A stretch of 64,000 nt of DNA from Candidatus Bathyarchaeota archaeon RBG_16_48_13 (GTDB lineage Archaea; Thermoproteota; Bathyarchaeia; RBG-16-48-13). Position numbers and translations under genes: made by a program. The stretch spans positions 72,041 to 136,040 of the forward strand of contig MEZH01000004.1 in assembly GCA_001775995.1 (NCBI GenBank), read 5' to 3'. Below, in pieces: positions 18,423 to 28,566 of the stretch. The notes beneath the pieces are model-generated. The model did no database searches. It worked only from the letters and a program-made list of their open reading frames with translations, and was not told the DNA's origin. The first letter of the stretch is position 1, and each line of letters begins with the position of its first letter.

Positions 18423-19454
18423 TTATCCTTTGCAGAACACGGCTATCTCTCGTGTTAGACTGCTATGAACGTAGAGAAGATGGCTCTCAATCAATGCAAA
18501 GCCTGATTCTAGGCCTATCTCCTTCAATTTCGATCCTTGGGGATACGCCAAACAAATATGGCGCCCCTTCATGAGAAGACGGCTTGCCTCCTGAAAGAAA
18601 GCTCTCAGAATCTCACAAGAGGCTAATCCCATAGTTGTCGCTGCTCTACCATAAGGCGGATCGGTGACAATGACATCAGCAATCCTGAATGGCGTCTGCC
18701 GAGCATCGTGTAATACCAATGCTGGATCCAAGTCAAAATGCCTTAGGTTTTCAGCACAACCCACCACCATTCGTCGCTTCACATCACCCCCCGCGACTCT
18801 GAAGCCCATCAAACCAGCCTCCAATAGAATGCTACCAGTACCACAGAAAGGGTCCAAGACCAGGTCATCATCTCGGGGTCTGGCCAAGTTGACCATACAT
18901 CTTGACAATTTGACCGACATTACGGTAGCGTGAAAGAAGGGTCTCTTCCTAGGCCGTCTCTCGAAAAATCCTTTTTTTGGTAATGGCCCTTTCCGAGCTC
19001 CCAGAATGAAGAACTCCTCTGCCAAGACACCTATCAGAAGCACCTGAGGCTTCCTGAGATCGACATTCAGACCGGGAATGTTCGAAACGGCTGCTGTGCC
19101 AATCTCCTCTTCCAATCGCTCAATTTTCTCTCCAGAAACCCGGCCGAGTCTGATGACTCTTGCCGCGATTCGGTCGCCCTTTCTAAGAACCGAGTCGAAG
19201 CTCAGTCTGCGCAAAGTCCTAGAGATTCTTTCGAGATTAGGTTCCATAAGGGCTATTTCCAGACAGCCGGCTCGGGTCAACCCACAGCGAGCATCAATCA
19301 CGGGCAGGGCACTCTCGTCAACCCTTAGACGAACCACTTGGTGCATCTTATCCAATAGCGTGTAGTTGAAGGATTCTGCATCCAGTACTGATCTGAGCTC
19401 AGCGCAGGGCAATGTCGGATGCTCGCCTGAGAGGACGAAGAAAATGTTGTCCAC
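18423..19454 (-). CDS. tRNA m2G10 methyltransferase (Trm11/TrmG10, THUMP plus MTase)
   Basis: LSGEHPTLPCAE, RPFFH, DPFCGTGSILLEA and TDPPYG. Confidence 0.9.
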   Translation of the reverse strand: MDNIFFVLSGEHPTLPCAELRSVLDAESFNYTLLDKMHQVVRLRVDESALPVIDARCGLTRAGCLEIALMEPNLERISRTLRRLSFDSVLRKGDRIAARVIRLGRVSGEKIERLEEEIGTAAVSNIPGLNVDLRKPQVLLIGVLAEEFFILGARKGPLPKKGFFERRPRKRPFFHATVMSVKLSRCMVNLARPRDDDLVLDPFCGTGSILLEAGLMGFRVAGGDVKRRMVVGCAENLRHFDLDPALVLHDARQTPFRIADVIVTDPPYGRAATTMGLASCEILRAFFQEASRLLMKGRHICLAYPQGSKLKEIGLESGFALIESHLLYVHSSLTREIAVFCKG

Positions 19455-19463
19455 TCGCGAACC

Positions 19464-20336
19464 TCATCTAAGAATGGAAGCTATGGCGGGGGCGACTGAC
19501 ACAATGCTGGTTTCATTCTCCACAGTGTCAGTGCTGATAATGCTCGTGACCCCACTTTGCTTTATTCTTTCTTTGGCGTCTCCCATGAGGAGGGCGTGCG
19601 TGCACGCTACATAGATGGACTTGGCCATCCGTTTCGAAGCCATCTCCGCAGCCTTGACTATGGTCACTCCAGTAGAGACTATGTCATCAACGACCACAAC
19701 TTCCCTTCCAGCTAGATCTATGGTTCTTTCATCAATATCCACCTGACCTGTAACGCGGTCTCTATGTTTGTCGAGGACAATGCAATCTGTTACCCCTAAT
19801 GTCTCAGCTACTAGTTCGGCATGATGCTTGGCACCTTTGTCTGGAGCCAATATCAAGGGTCTTTTCATAGGGAGCATTCTCAGATACTCTGCTAGAGCCG
19901 GCATGGCTGAAACATTCTTAATGGGGATTTTGAAAGGGGCCAGAGATTCCTGAGAGTGAACATCAACTGTCACAACCTCCTCGATCCCGACGGCCTGGAC
20001 CAATCTTGCTACTGCCTCAACGCTCACGACATCGCCAACTCTGAAGGCCTTGTCTTGTCTCATATAAGCCAAGTAGGGGATAACAGCTGAAACATTATCC
20101 GCGCCCATTTTTCTCGCTCCTTCAGCCATTAGGAATAATTGAATTAGATTTCTGTCAGTTGGAGGGGGACAAGATTGAACGAGAACAACGCTTTCGCCCT
20201 CGATCGGTCGGGGGTACCTAATGTAGGATTCTCCGTCTGGAAAGATTCGCCACTCCAACGGATATGGTTCAACACCCAATTCAACTGCAATTGATCTTCC
20301 CAGTCTTTGAGAAGCTGGTCCAGGGACGACTATCAT
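19464..20336 (-). CDS. prs: Ribose-phosphate pyrophosphokinase
   Basis: FPDGESYIR, PYLAYMRQDK, APDKGA and VDDIVSTGVT. Confidence 0.96.
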   Translation of the reverse strand: MIVVPGPASQRLGRSIAVELGVEPYPLEWRIFPDGESYIRYPRPIEGESVVLVQSCPPPTDRNLIQLFLMAEGARKMGADNVSAVIPYLAYMRQDKAFRVGDVVSVEAVARLVQAVGIEEVVTVDVHSQESLAPFKIPIKNVSAMPALAEYLRMLPMKRPLILAPDKGAKHHAELVAETLGVTDCIVLDKHRDRVTGQVDIDERTIDLAGREVVVVDDIVSTGVTIVKAAEMASKRMAKSIYVACTHALLMGDAKERIKQSGVTSIISTDTVENETSIVSVAPAIASILR

Positions 20337-20472
20337 TTAAGTATACAACTCTCGAGAATATCAAGAGGATAAGACACTATATATGATTTAGTTGGTGTCT
20401 GAAAGAAGTTAATTAGGAGGAAAATGCACCTCAACTATTCGTTTAGGATTTCTTTTTGAGTGGGTACTTGTC

Positions 20473-21525
20473 ATGCCAAGGAAAGAGGCCTTAATGTACG
20501 AGGTGTTGGCCAAGGATATAATTCACTGCAAACTATGTCCAAAGAGTTGTTACATCGCACCCAATAAAAGAGGTTTCTGCAAGGTCAGAGAGAATGATAG
20601 AGGAAGACTATTCACATTAGCATACGGTGAAACGACTGCTCAAGCCATAGATCCGATTGAGAAGAAACCACTCTTCAACTTCTGGCCAGGTAGTCTATCA
20701 TTCTCAATAAGCACCATTTCATGCACCTTCTCCTGCGTCTGGTGTCAGAACTGGAATATTTCACAGGTTGCTCCGGGAGAGATTCGAACAGAAGAGATAA
20801 GTCCGGAAGATGCTGTGAAACTGGCGAAGAAATACGGATGTCGATCAATCTCATACACATACAACGAACCATTCGTCTGGTATGAATTCATCATGGACAC
20901 AGCGAAGATCGCTCAGAAAGAGAACATATTAAATGTGATGGTAACAAATGGATACGTAACTCTAGAGGCACTAGACCAGATTGCTCCATTCATAGACGCG
21001 GCTAACGTTGATATCAAAGGATTCACAGAAGGATTCTATCGCAAGTATTGCGCTGCTGAGCTCAAACCCGTTTTGAATGCGACAACGGCGATGAAAGACA
21101 AAGGGATCCACGTTGAGGTCACAAATCTCATAATCCCGGATCTGAACGATAACTCGGAAGAAATCAGGGAAATGTGCAAGTGGCATGTTGAAAATCTCGG
21201 AGAAGAGACACCGCTCCACCTTAGCAGATTTTATCCCCATTACAGACTTGCTTCCACTCCTGAGACCCCGGTGAGTACTCTGGAAAAGGCTCAAAAGATA
21301 GCTTTGGAAATGGGATTGCATTATGTGTACGTCGGAAATGTGCCTGGACATGGCGGAGAAAACACGTATTGCCCGAAATGCAAGGCTCTTCTCATCGAAA
21401 GGAACGGCTTTGACATTACAGAGTGGCGGCTTGCGCCAGGGAAGAGCTGCCCAGAATGCGGTTTCAAGCCAAACATCATAGGGGAATACGAGGCACGATC
21501 ACGAGTACCGCATTCGACGATTTAG
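20473..21525 (+). CDS. amrS: AmmeMemoRadiSam system radical SAM enzyme
   Basis: N-terminal CKLCP, DPIEKKPL, CTFSCVWCQN (CxxxCxxC) and C-terminal CPKC...CPECG. Confidence 0.93.
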   Translation: MPRKEALMYEVLAKDIIHCKLCPKSCYIAPNKRGFCKVRENDRGRLFTLAYGETTAQAIDPIEKKPLFNFWPGSLSFSISTISCTFSCVWCQNWNISQVAPGEIRTEEISPEDAVKLAKKYGCRSISYTYNEPFVWYEFIMDTAKIAQKENILNVMVTNGYVTLEALDQIAPFIDAANVDIKGFTEGFYRKYCAAELKPVLNATTAMKDKGIHVEVTNLIIPDLNDNSEEIREMCKWHVENLGEETPLHLSRFYPHYRLASTPETPVSTLEKAQKIALEMGLHYVYVGNVPGHGGENTYCPKCKALLIERNGFDITEWRLAPGKSCPECGFKPNIIGEYEARSRVPHSTI

Positions 21526-21529
21526 GGAT

Positions 21530-21955
21530 GTGAAAATTTTGAGCAGAGAAGTCCAAACTAGGTTCAGCATAACCATATCTCCACCCATCTTGGAGGAGTT
21601 CGACCGAGTTGTCCATGATGTAGGATACAGGAGCAGGTCAAAGGCTGTGCGTGACGCCCTTCTCAATTTCATTGCCCACCAGAAGATGCTCAGAGGAAAA
21701 GGAACCAGGGCAGGAAGCATAACGATAGTGTATGATTACAGGGACCCAACAAACGAATTGACTTCTCTCAAACATAGATATGCTGGCATAATTGAAGCGA
21801 CCCTTGATGTGAATCTTGGAGAACACCATAATCTGGCGATTATGGCTGTAAATGGTGATCTTGGCGATATAAGTAAGCTCACCAAGGCACTTCAGACTCA
21901 AAAAAACATAAAACACACCGAAACCGTGATACTGACATCATCCAAAATCGACTAG
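21530..21955 (+). CDS. NikR-like ribbon-helix-helix regulator with degenerate Ni site
   Basis: RFSITISPPILEEFD...YRSRSKAVRDA RHH domain, then the ACT-like GSITIVYD; Ni-ligand segment reads TLDVNLGEHHNLA. Confidence 0.8.
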   Translation: MKILSREVQTRFSITISPPILEEFDRVVHDVGYRSRSKAVRDALLNFIAHQKMLRGKGTRAGSITIVYDYRDPTNELTSLKHRYAGIIEATLDVNLGEHHNLAIMAVNGDLGDISKLTKALQTQKNIKHTETVILTSSKID

Positions 21956-22246
21956 TACCAACCTTTGAGAAGTGCCGCCATGTTGGAGTCCAAAGTAGAA
22001 AGTGGTTTCTGAAGGCATCTCAGCTGGAAGATTGGCAGATACATTGAAAGAAGTTTCAAGTGACGATGGTCATAGAAACATGACCAATGTGACTTTGAAC
22101 TAGCCTTCCAGAACATTTCGCCTTTACTATCATTCCCCTTTCCGAAAGCGGAAGTGTAATCTCCGATTCGTAGATAAAAAACTTTTTAAGGCGACAGACT
22201 CAATTCGCTTAACCCTTCGAGCGCGAGATGGAGGACCCAAAGATTA

Positions 22247-22450
22247 ATGGTTTCATGCACTGATTGCCACGCGGAGATGTCATACGATCCCAAATTCAAG
22301 AAGTTTGTATGCAAGCATTGCGGACTTACGCTGACTTATCAAGAGTACATGGAGCTCAGAGACAAGAATCGCTCCGATGATGAGTCAGACGCAGATAAGA
22401 AGAAGAGAAAACACGACGAATACCTGAAATGGTGGCTATCCAAGAAATAA
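22247..22450 (+). CDS. Small zinc-ribbon protein
   Basis: CTDC and CKHC pairs, charged tail ending YLKWWLSKK; preceded by TTTTTAAG and GGAGG. Confidence 0.8.
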   Translation: MVSCTDCHAEMSYDPKFKKFVCKHCGLTLTYQEYMELRDKNRSDDESDADKKKRKHDEYLKWWLSKK

Positions 22451-22468
22451 TGAAGGGAGCGCCACTAT

Positions 22469-23281
22469 TTGGTCTGTCAGGTGGAGTTAATATGCATAGG
22501 TAACGAACTTCTCATAGGCAAGACCCTAAATACCAATGCGCATTGGCTTTCCAAGAGGATCACGAGCCTAGGCTGCATAGTTAGGAGAACAACGGTCGTC
22601 AGGGACGAAATCAGCGAGATTGTCGCCTCAACCAGAGAAGCCATTGCACGAAAACCGGATTTTATAATAATCACGGGAGGGCTTGGACCAACCTTCGACG
22701 ATATGACCTTGGAAGGAGTGGCCAAAGCTTTGAGTAGAAAGTTGGAGATGAACGATGAAGCCCTTGAAATGTTGAGGGAAAGGTACGCAGAATTCACCAA
22801 GATGGGGCGTATTAAGGATTCAAATCTGACAGAATATAGACTAAAAATGGCTCGCCTTCCCCAAGGTGCGAGACCGATTCACAATCCTGTTGGGACTGCA
22901 CCAGGAGTAACGATCCATGAAAACTCAACGACCATTCTCGTACTTCCAGGAGTGCCACAAGAGATGGAAGCGATCTTCGAGGCAAGTATCATTCATCTAT
23001 TGCGAGACAAGTCAGATGGACTATTCTATGTGGAAAGGAGCCTTCAGGTCCTTGGGGTTGTTGAGTCATCGCTAGCTGCTCTGATAGATCGAGTGATGTT
23101 GGAATATCCCGCAATCTACATAAAATCTCATCCAATTGGATCCGAACCAGAGGTTCACATTGAACTTCACCTCACAACCAGCTCCAGAAATAAAGAAGGG
23201 GCGGAGGAGGAGATCAGCAAGGCAATGGAGAAAATCCAGGTCTTAATCTCGCAAAAAGGCGGGAGAACAGGGTTCGTTTAG
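22469..23281 (+). CDS. CinA-like molybdopterin-binding domain protein (COG1058)
   Basis: IGNELLIG...TNA.WL, TGGLGPTFDDMT, N.VGTAPG and LPGVPQEM. Confidence 0.9.
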   Translation: MVCQVELICIGNELLIGKTLNTNAHWLSKRITSLGCIVRRTTVVRDEISEIVASTREAIARKPDFIIITGGLGPTFDDMTLEGVAKALSRKLEMNDEALEMLRERYAEFTKMGRIKDSNLTEYRLKMARLPQGARPIHNPVGTAPGVTIHENSTTILVLPGVPQEMEAIFEASIIHLLRDKSDGLFYVERSLQVLGVVESSLAALIDRVMLEYPAIYIKSHPIGSEPEVHIELHLTTSSRNKEGAEEEISKAMEKIQVLISQKGGRTGFV

Positions 23282-23288
23282 AAAGAGA

Positions 23289-24062
23289 ATGATACAATTG
23301 TTCGCGATATTCGTTGTTGGAACGGCGGGTTCTGGGAAATCGCTGTTTACGGGGTCATTCCTAGAATGGCTCAAAGCAAAAGATCAAAATGCTATAACGG
23401 TTAATCTCGATCCAGGGGCCTCGTATACTCCGTACAATCCCGATGTAGACGTTAGAACCAACATAGACGTCTTGGAGATCATGAATGAATATAGGCTGGG
23501 CCCTAACGGAGCTTTGGTGATGGCTGCCGACCAAGTTGCTTCGGAGCTGGACAGTATTCAGGAACAGATTGATGAGTTGAACCCTGACTATACGATAATT
23601 GATACCTCTGGACAGATGGAGCTTTTCGCCTTCAGGGCTAGCGGCCCATATATAGCCAAAGAAATCGTTGCTGATAATAAGATCGTACTATACATGTTTG
23701 ACAGCATCTTCTCCAACAACCCCTTCAACTACGTTTCAAACATGTTTTTGGCTGCCGCAGTCAATAATCGCTTCAATCTGCCTCAGGTTCACGTCTTGTC
23801 CAAGACAGATATACTTCCTCCAAGCAAGGTGAAAGAGATTCTGGATTGGTCGTCGAGGTCAGGTAAGCTGGAAATGGCATTGGAAAGCAGTGGTGAAGCA
23901 ACCAGGATGCTGCTAAATAGAGATGTTCTTAGAGCATTGGGGAGACTCAATCTAACCTTCTCTTTATTGCCTATTTCCTCCACGAATAATGGTGGATTTA
24001 CGAATTTGTTTGCTGTGCTTCAGAGAATCTTCATGGGCGGAGAAGAAATAATCAAGGGATAA
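23289..24062 (+). CDS. GPN-loop GTPase
   Basis: GTAGSGKS, NLDPG, LGPNGAL (GPN loop) and DTSGQME. Confidence 0.94.
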   Translation: MIQLFAIFVVGTAGSGKSLFTGSFLEWLKAKDQNAITVNLDPGASYTPYNPDVDVRTNIDVLEIMNEYRLGPNGALVMAADQVASELDSIQEQIDELNPDYTIIDTSGQMELFAFRASGPYIAKEIVADNKIVLYMFDSIFSNNPFNYVSNMFLAAAVNNRFNLPQVHVLSKTDILPPSKVKEILDWSSRSGKLEMALESSGEATRMLLNRDVLRALGRLNLTFSLLPISSTNNGGFTNLFAVLQRIFMGGEEIIKG

Positions 24063-24121
24063 TACAAGCATAAAGATTGCATCAGGCCTTATGGCGGGCG
24101 CGGCGTTCAGCATAGTTCCGC

Positions 24122-26533
24122 TTAGGATTCGTCTTCTTTCTGAATGTCATCTGAGGTTGGATCTTTTCGTTTGCCACGAATTACCGCATATGCTACTGCA
24201 ACTAAGGATATTCCGCTGATTGCGTATGCAACCAATTGCATTAGGCCACCTTGCTTGCTTACTAGTATTAGCAGCGGAGCAATAAGCAGTGAGATCAGGT
24301 TGACTACTTTAATCATCGGATTCAAAGCCGGACCTGCCGTGTCTTTAAGCGGGTCACCAACGGTGTCACCAATAATGCTTGCTTTATGGCGAAGCGAGCC
24401 TTTGCCAAGATTCTCATCCGGTGCACTTCTTTCGCTTTCAATCTCTTTCTTAGCATTGTCCCAGGCGCCGCCCGCGTTTGCCATGAAGACAGCTAATAAT
24501 TGACCAGTTATTATCACACCCGCTAAGAATCCGCCTAGAGCAAGTTCGCCTATTAGAAAACCTATGATTATCGGCATCAAAACAGCCAACAACGCCACGC
24601 TAATCAGTTCGCTCTGGGCAGCATTCGTGCATATGCGCACGACCTTTGCATAGTCTGGTTTTGTTGTGCCTTCCATCACACCTGGAATTCTGAATTGTTT
24701 GCGCACTTCCTCTACGATTAGTGAAGCTGCTCTTTGAACGGCGCGCAATAGAATTGAACTGAACAAGAACGGCATGGCTCCGCCAATCAGCATCCCGATG
24801 AAGACGAGGGGCTGTGCGATGTCCAGTACTATGTTCAGGCCGAGTGCTTCAACAAATGAGCCAAACAAGCTGACGGCGGCAATGACGGCAGAGGCAATAG
24901 CAATGCCTTTCGTAATTGCCTTGGTCGTATTGCCCGTCGCATCCAAATCGGCAAGAGTAGCTTGGCCTTCCGTGCTCTGGAAGTCTTCCTTGCACATCTC
25001 TGCGATACCGCCCGCGTTGTCCGAGATCGGTCCGAATGCATCCATAGCCAAGTTGTTGCCAGTATGCGAAAGCATTCCTATTCCGGTAAGAGCTACAGAG
25101 TAGAATATGAACAGCACTTGGTTTGTTGGCGGGATTTTAAAACTACTGATGATCAATCCGAGCACTATAACGGCCATTGCTCCGAAAACACCAATTTCTA
25201 TCTTCTTGCTTCGCCTAGCCAAGAGAATTCCCACTATGACGGCTGCTATAACTGCTCCCGCTATTATCATGGGTGCTAGTGCCACTGGGGTCGTGAAAGA
25301 GTATATGGAAACTGCTCCCAGAATTGATAATGCGATTATCAGAATAGCCCATACACTGCTTTCGTAGCCTATGGTAATTCCAGATAATATTACGATGGCT
25401 GCGCCAAATTTAGTGGACCTAACTATGTCTTTAACTGAACCTGTATCTCGTTGAGTGAATGCCCCAGTGTATTTGTTAAATGCTATTGCCAGCAAGATTC
25501 CTGTTGCTGTTGCTGCAAAAAGGCGTAAATCTTGGACATAGAAGTAGGCGATGAAGAAAAAGGCAGTTGTGGAAATAACCGAAGACAGGTCGTAGGAAAG
25601 ATCCATCGCCCGAAAAGCATCACCTTTCGTCGGCCACCAATTAACCGCGTAGGTCCCAATGATGGAGCTAAATACACCTATAGCGCGCACCAGCAGGGGG
25701 AATATGATATACTTGAGACTGTGGGTTGGGTCGATCGCTGATACAGCTAACCCCAAGATCAACGCAGAAACCATCGTGACTTCATAAGACTCAAAAACAT
25801 CCTCAGCCATCCCGCTGAAGTCACCCACGTTGTCACCGACTAGGTCGGCAATGGCAGCCGCATTGCGCGGATCATCCTCAGGAATGTCATGTTCAACCTT
25901 ACCAACTAGGTCAGCTCCTACATCAGCCGCCTTAGTGTAAATGCCACCTCCGACTCTCATGAACATGGCTAGCAAAGTGCCTCCAAAGCCGAAGCCCAAT
26001 AGCACATCTGGGGCGTGAACACCATACAGAATGAATATGACTGTGCCTCCAAGCAACCCGAGCCCATCTGCTAACATTCCAGCAATTGTACCAGCTCTAT
26101 AAGCGACCCGCAATGCTCCTTGAAAAGATCCGGCTCGAGCTTGTTGGGCGACTCTGACGTTGGCTCGCGTCCCAATTACTCTAAGTCCAATTTGCCCAAT
26201 CGCCAGCGAGCAGGCTGCTCCAAACAGTAGGGCAATTCCGCGTCCAATGTAGATCTGCCAAGGATACTGCGAAAAATATGCTGATACCGCTAAGGCTAAC
26301 GCGAGAAGAAAGGCAATTGGTATAACTACTTCCATCTGACGATTCAGATAGGCAATTGCGCCCTCACGGATAGAGTTCGAGAGGTCCTGCATCTTCTTGG
26401 TGCCTGGGTCTTCTTTCAGCACCCTTCGAGCCAGCCAAAAGGCGTATAAAAGCGCTGCGACACCCGTGCTGATCACAAGTAGCAGAGCTATTTGCTCAAA
26501 CTGGGATAGGCCGCTCGTCAGAATTGAACTCAT
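24122..26533 (-). CDS. hppA: Membrane-bound H+-translocating pyrophosphatase, K+-independent signature
   Basis: GGGIYTKAADVGADLVGKVE, DDPRN, GDNVGD, GNTTKAITKG (Lys form) and GDTVGDPLKDTAGP. Confidence 0.96.
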   Translation of the reverse strand: MSSILTSGLSQFEQIALLLVISTGVAALLYAFWLARRVLKEDPGTKKMQDLSNSIREGAIAYLNRQMEVVIPIAFLLALALAVSAYFSQYPWQIYIGRGIALLFGAACSLAIGQIGLRVIGTRANVRVAQQARAGSFQGALRVAYRAGTIAGMLADGLGLLGGTVIFILYGVHAPDVLLGFGFGGTLLAMFMRVGGGIYTKAADVGADLVGKVEHDIPEDDPRNAAAIADLVGDNVGDFSGMAEDVFESYEVTMVSALILGLAVSAIDPTHSLKYIIFPLLVRAIGVFSSIIGTYAVNWWPTKGDAFRAMDLSYDLSSVISTTAFFFIAYFYVQDLRLFAATATGILLAIAFNKYTGAFTQRDTGSVKDIVRSTKFGAAIVILSGITIGYESSVWAILIIALSILGAVSIYSFTTPVALAPMIIAGAVIAAVIVGILLARRSKKIEIGVFGAMAVIVLGLIISSFKIPPTNQVLFIFYSVALTGIGMLSHTGNNLAMDAFGPISDNAGGIAEMCKEDFQSTEGQATLADLDATGNTTKAITKGIAIASAVIAAVSLFGSFVEALGLNIVLDIAQPLVFIGMLIGGAMPFLFSSILLRAVQRAASLIVEEVRKQFRIPGVMEGTTKPDYAKVVRICTNAAQSELISVALLAVLMPIIIGFLIGELALGGFLAGVIITGQLLAVFMANAGGAWDNAKKEIESERSAPDENLGKGSLRHKASIIGDTVGDPLKDTAGPALNPMIKVVNLISLLIAPLLILVSKQGGLMQLVAYAISGISLVAVAYAVIRGKRKDPTSDDIQKEDES

Positions 26534-26868
26534 ACGATAGAACCTCCTAGTGCGCGCGCGGCGGTTTCCACGATGGCATGACCCTCAATCATTACAGTTA
26601 AGAGTCTTAAAATTTCAAGGGCGCATATAAAACCTTTTCCCATCATGATCTAATCAAGAAAGAAACTATAGCGTTCAGGAAATTGAAAATTCATGGACAA
26701 GAAACGCTCAATTGTGCCCTCGTAGAGGGAGTATGAACATGGGAAAAGTTAGGGCCAAATATCGACAATCTTGTTATTCGATACAGCATAAGGAAGAGAT
26801 GCTTTTTAATAACAAAAGAAAGGGTTACGAGAATTCAAAGCCGTTCAAGGATTCATGATTGTGAAAGA

Positions 26869-27744
26869 TTAGATCATTCCGCGCTCAACCAGAAGTTTGA
26901 ATTCATCGAAGGTCAACTTGTCGCCTTTCTTCAATTTCTCTGAGGCCTCTTTGGCAGTGACCTCTCTGGCTTGCAGGACTCTCTGAACCTGATCCATCTT
27001 TAGATTCTTCTCATTCTGATGGATCTGCCTTTCCAATTCCTTGATCTCTATTATGAAGTTGATGTAGCTATGGTGAGATTCGTCCGCTTTCTTCTTTGAG
27101 TCCAGGAACGTTTGGTGAGCGGAATCAGCTTCGGATTTCACGGCGTCCAACTCTTTAAGGGATTCCAGCATTCCGATGTGATTCTCCTGACTGGCCTGAG
27201 CCAGATCCCTGATCTGGGAATACACATCGTTGTTCTTGATTTTTTCAGATCTGACCTTGGCATTGATTTCTATGAGTTGAGCTCGCAGTTTGTCGATCTG
27301 CTCAACATTCTTAATTTGACCCTCCAGACCCTTCAACTGCCTTATGATTCTCGCCTCGTCCTGGAGGTTCGTTGGATCCGTCTGAAGTTTCCACTCAAGT
27401 TTCTTGAACATGCTCTTCGCCCTCCTTTCCTTTCCAGTCATTTGTTTCTGGAGGGCTTTGAGTTCCTCTTTTATCCGATCACTCTGTTCTCTTAACCCCG
27501 AGAAGTCTGTCTTAGTACTTTCCCTGAATTTCTTTAATTCTTGGATCTGGCTGTTGAGCTCATCACGTTTAGCCCTTTGGTCCATAGCTTTGTTCTTCAG
27601 CTCTCGAGCCCGCTCGTTTAGCTTATCCCTCTTCTCCGCAGACTTTCTGACCTCATCGTTCATGTTATCGCGCAATTCCTTCAGCGGTAGAGCCTTTGCT
27701 TCGAGGTCACCGAGCTTCCTCAACATCTCTTCTGTGGACGCCAT
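26869..27744 (-). CDS. Archaeal coiled-coil protein (COG1340-like)
   Basis: Heptad-rich throughout; LEWKLQT and C-terminal KKGDKLTFDEF. Confidence 0.8.
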   Translation of the reverse strand: MASTEEMLRKLGDLEAKALPLKELRDNMNDEVRKSAEKRDKLNERARELKNKAMDQRAKRDELNSQIQELKKFRESTKTDFSGLREQSDRIKEELKALQKQMTGKERRAKSMFKKLEWKLQTDPTNLQDEARIIRQLKGLEGQIKNVEQIDKLRAQLIEINAKVRSEKIKNNDVYSQIRDLAQASQENHIGMLESLKELDAVKSEADSAHQTFLDSKKKADESHHSYINFIIEIKELERQIHQNEKNLKMDQVQRVLQAREVTAKEASEKLKKGDKLTFDEFKLLVERGMI

Positions 27745-27834
27745 TCAAGTCGACCTAAAACTTCGAGATAATGTGGGTAGAGATCATGATGTAATTAAGT
27801 TTTTGTCTTTCTCGTGATGAAAAAGTGTGAAAGT

Positions 27835-28566
27835 CTACTTTGTGAGTATGATTCTGGCATCCACCACTTGAAGACCATCAGAATAGAGTATAGTGGGATT
27901 AAGATCCAACTCACTTATTTCTTGGTGTTCCGTGACAAGCCTTGATACCTTCAATAAGAGATCTGAAAGCGCCTTCAAATCCACTGCAGGATAGTTCCTG
28001 TAGCCCTTCAATATGGGGAAGGCCTTAATCTCGGTAATCATTTCCATGGCATCGTTTTCGGTTATTGGAGCGACCCTGAAAGAGACATCCTTTAATAGCT
28101 CAACGAAGATTCCTCCCAAACCAAACATGAGTGCGGGACCAAATTGAGGGTCTTTTATGGAGCCAACTATTACCTCAGTGGATGAAGGCGCCATAGCCGA
28201 AACCAGTATCCCGTCAATCCTAGCATCAGGTTTGTTCTTTTTTACGTTTGCCATGATCAATTCAAAGGCGGCTTTCACCTCATCAATAGTCTTGGGCCCA
28301 ACGACTACACCTCCAACGTCCGATTTGTGAATTACATCTTGTGAGACTATCTTTAGGACCACCGGGAAACCGAGTTCTTTGGCAGCTGAGGTGGCCTCGC
28401 TCTCGCTCTTTGCCACTCTGAAGCCGGGTACAGGGATTCCGTACTCGATGCATATCATCTTGGCCTCAGGTTCCAGGAGGTATGTTCGGTTCTCATTCAA
28501 CGCATTTCGTATTAGGTTATTTGTTATCGAATCCATTTCTTGAGACCTCATTTCTTCTTTAGCCAA
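27835..28566 (-). CDS. acdB: ADP-forming acyl-CoA synthetase beta subunit
   Basis: ATP-grasp fold; PVVLKIVS.D..HKSDVGGV, DPQFGP..MFGLGG and ELDLNP. Confidence 0.94.
   Translation of the reverse strand: MAKEEMRSQEMDSITNNLIRNALNENRTYLLEPEAKMICIEYGIPVPGFRVAKSESEATSAAKELGFPVVLKIVSQDVIHKSDVGGVVVGPKTIDEVKAAFELIMANVKKNKPDARIDGILVSAMAPSSTEVIVGSIKDPQFGPALMFGLGGIFVELLKDVSFRVAPITENDAMEMITEIKAFPILKGYRNYPAVDLKALSDLLLKVSRLVTEHQEISELDLNPTILYSDGLQVVDARIILTK

Noticed and set aside
26534-26868. Structured ncRNA (SRP, RNase P or C/D guide) in the larger intergenic gaps, including 21956-22246 and 41901-42121
   Set aside because: No diagnostic motifs were found; only promoter-like AT tracts and short hairpins.
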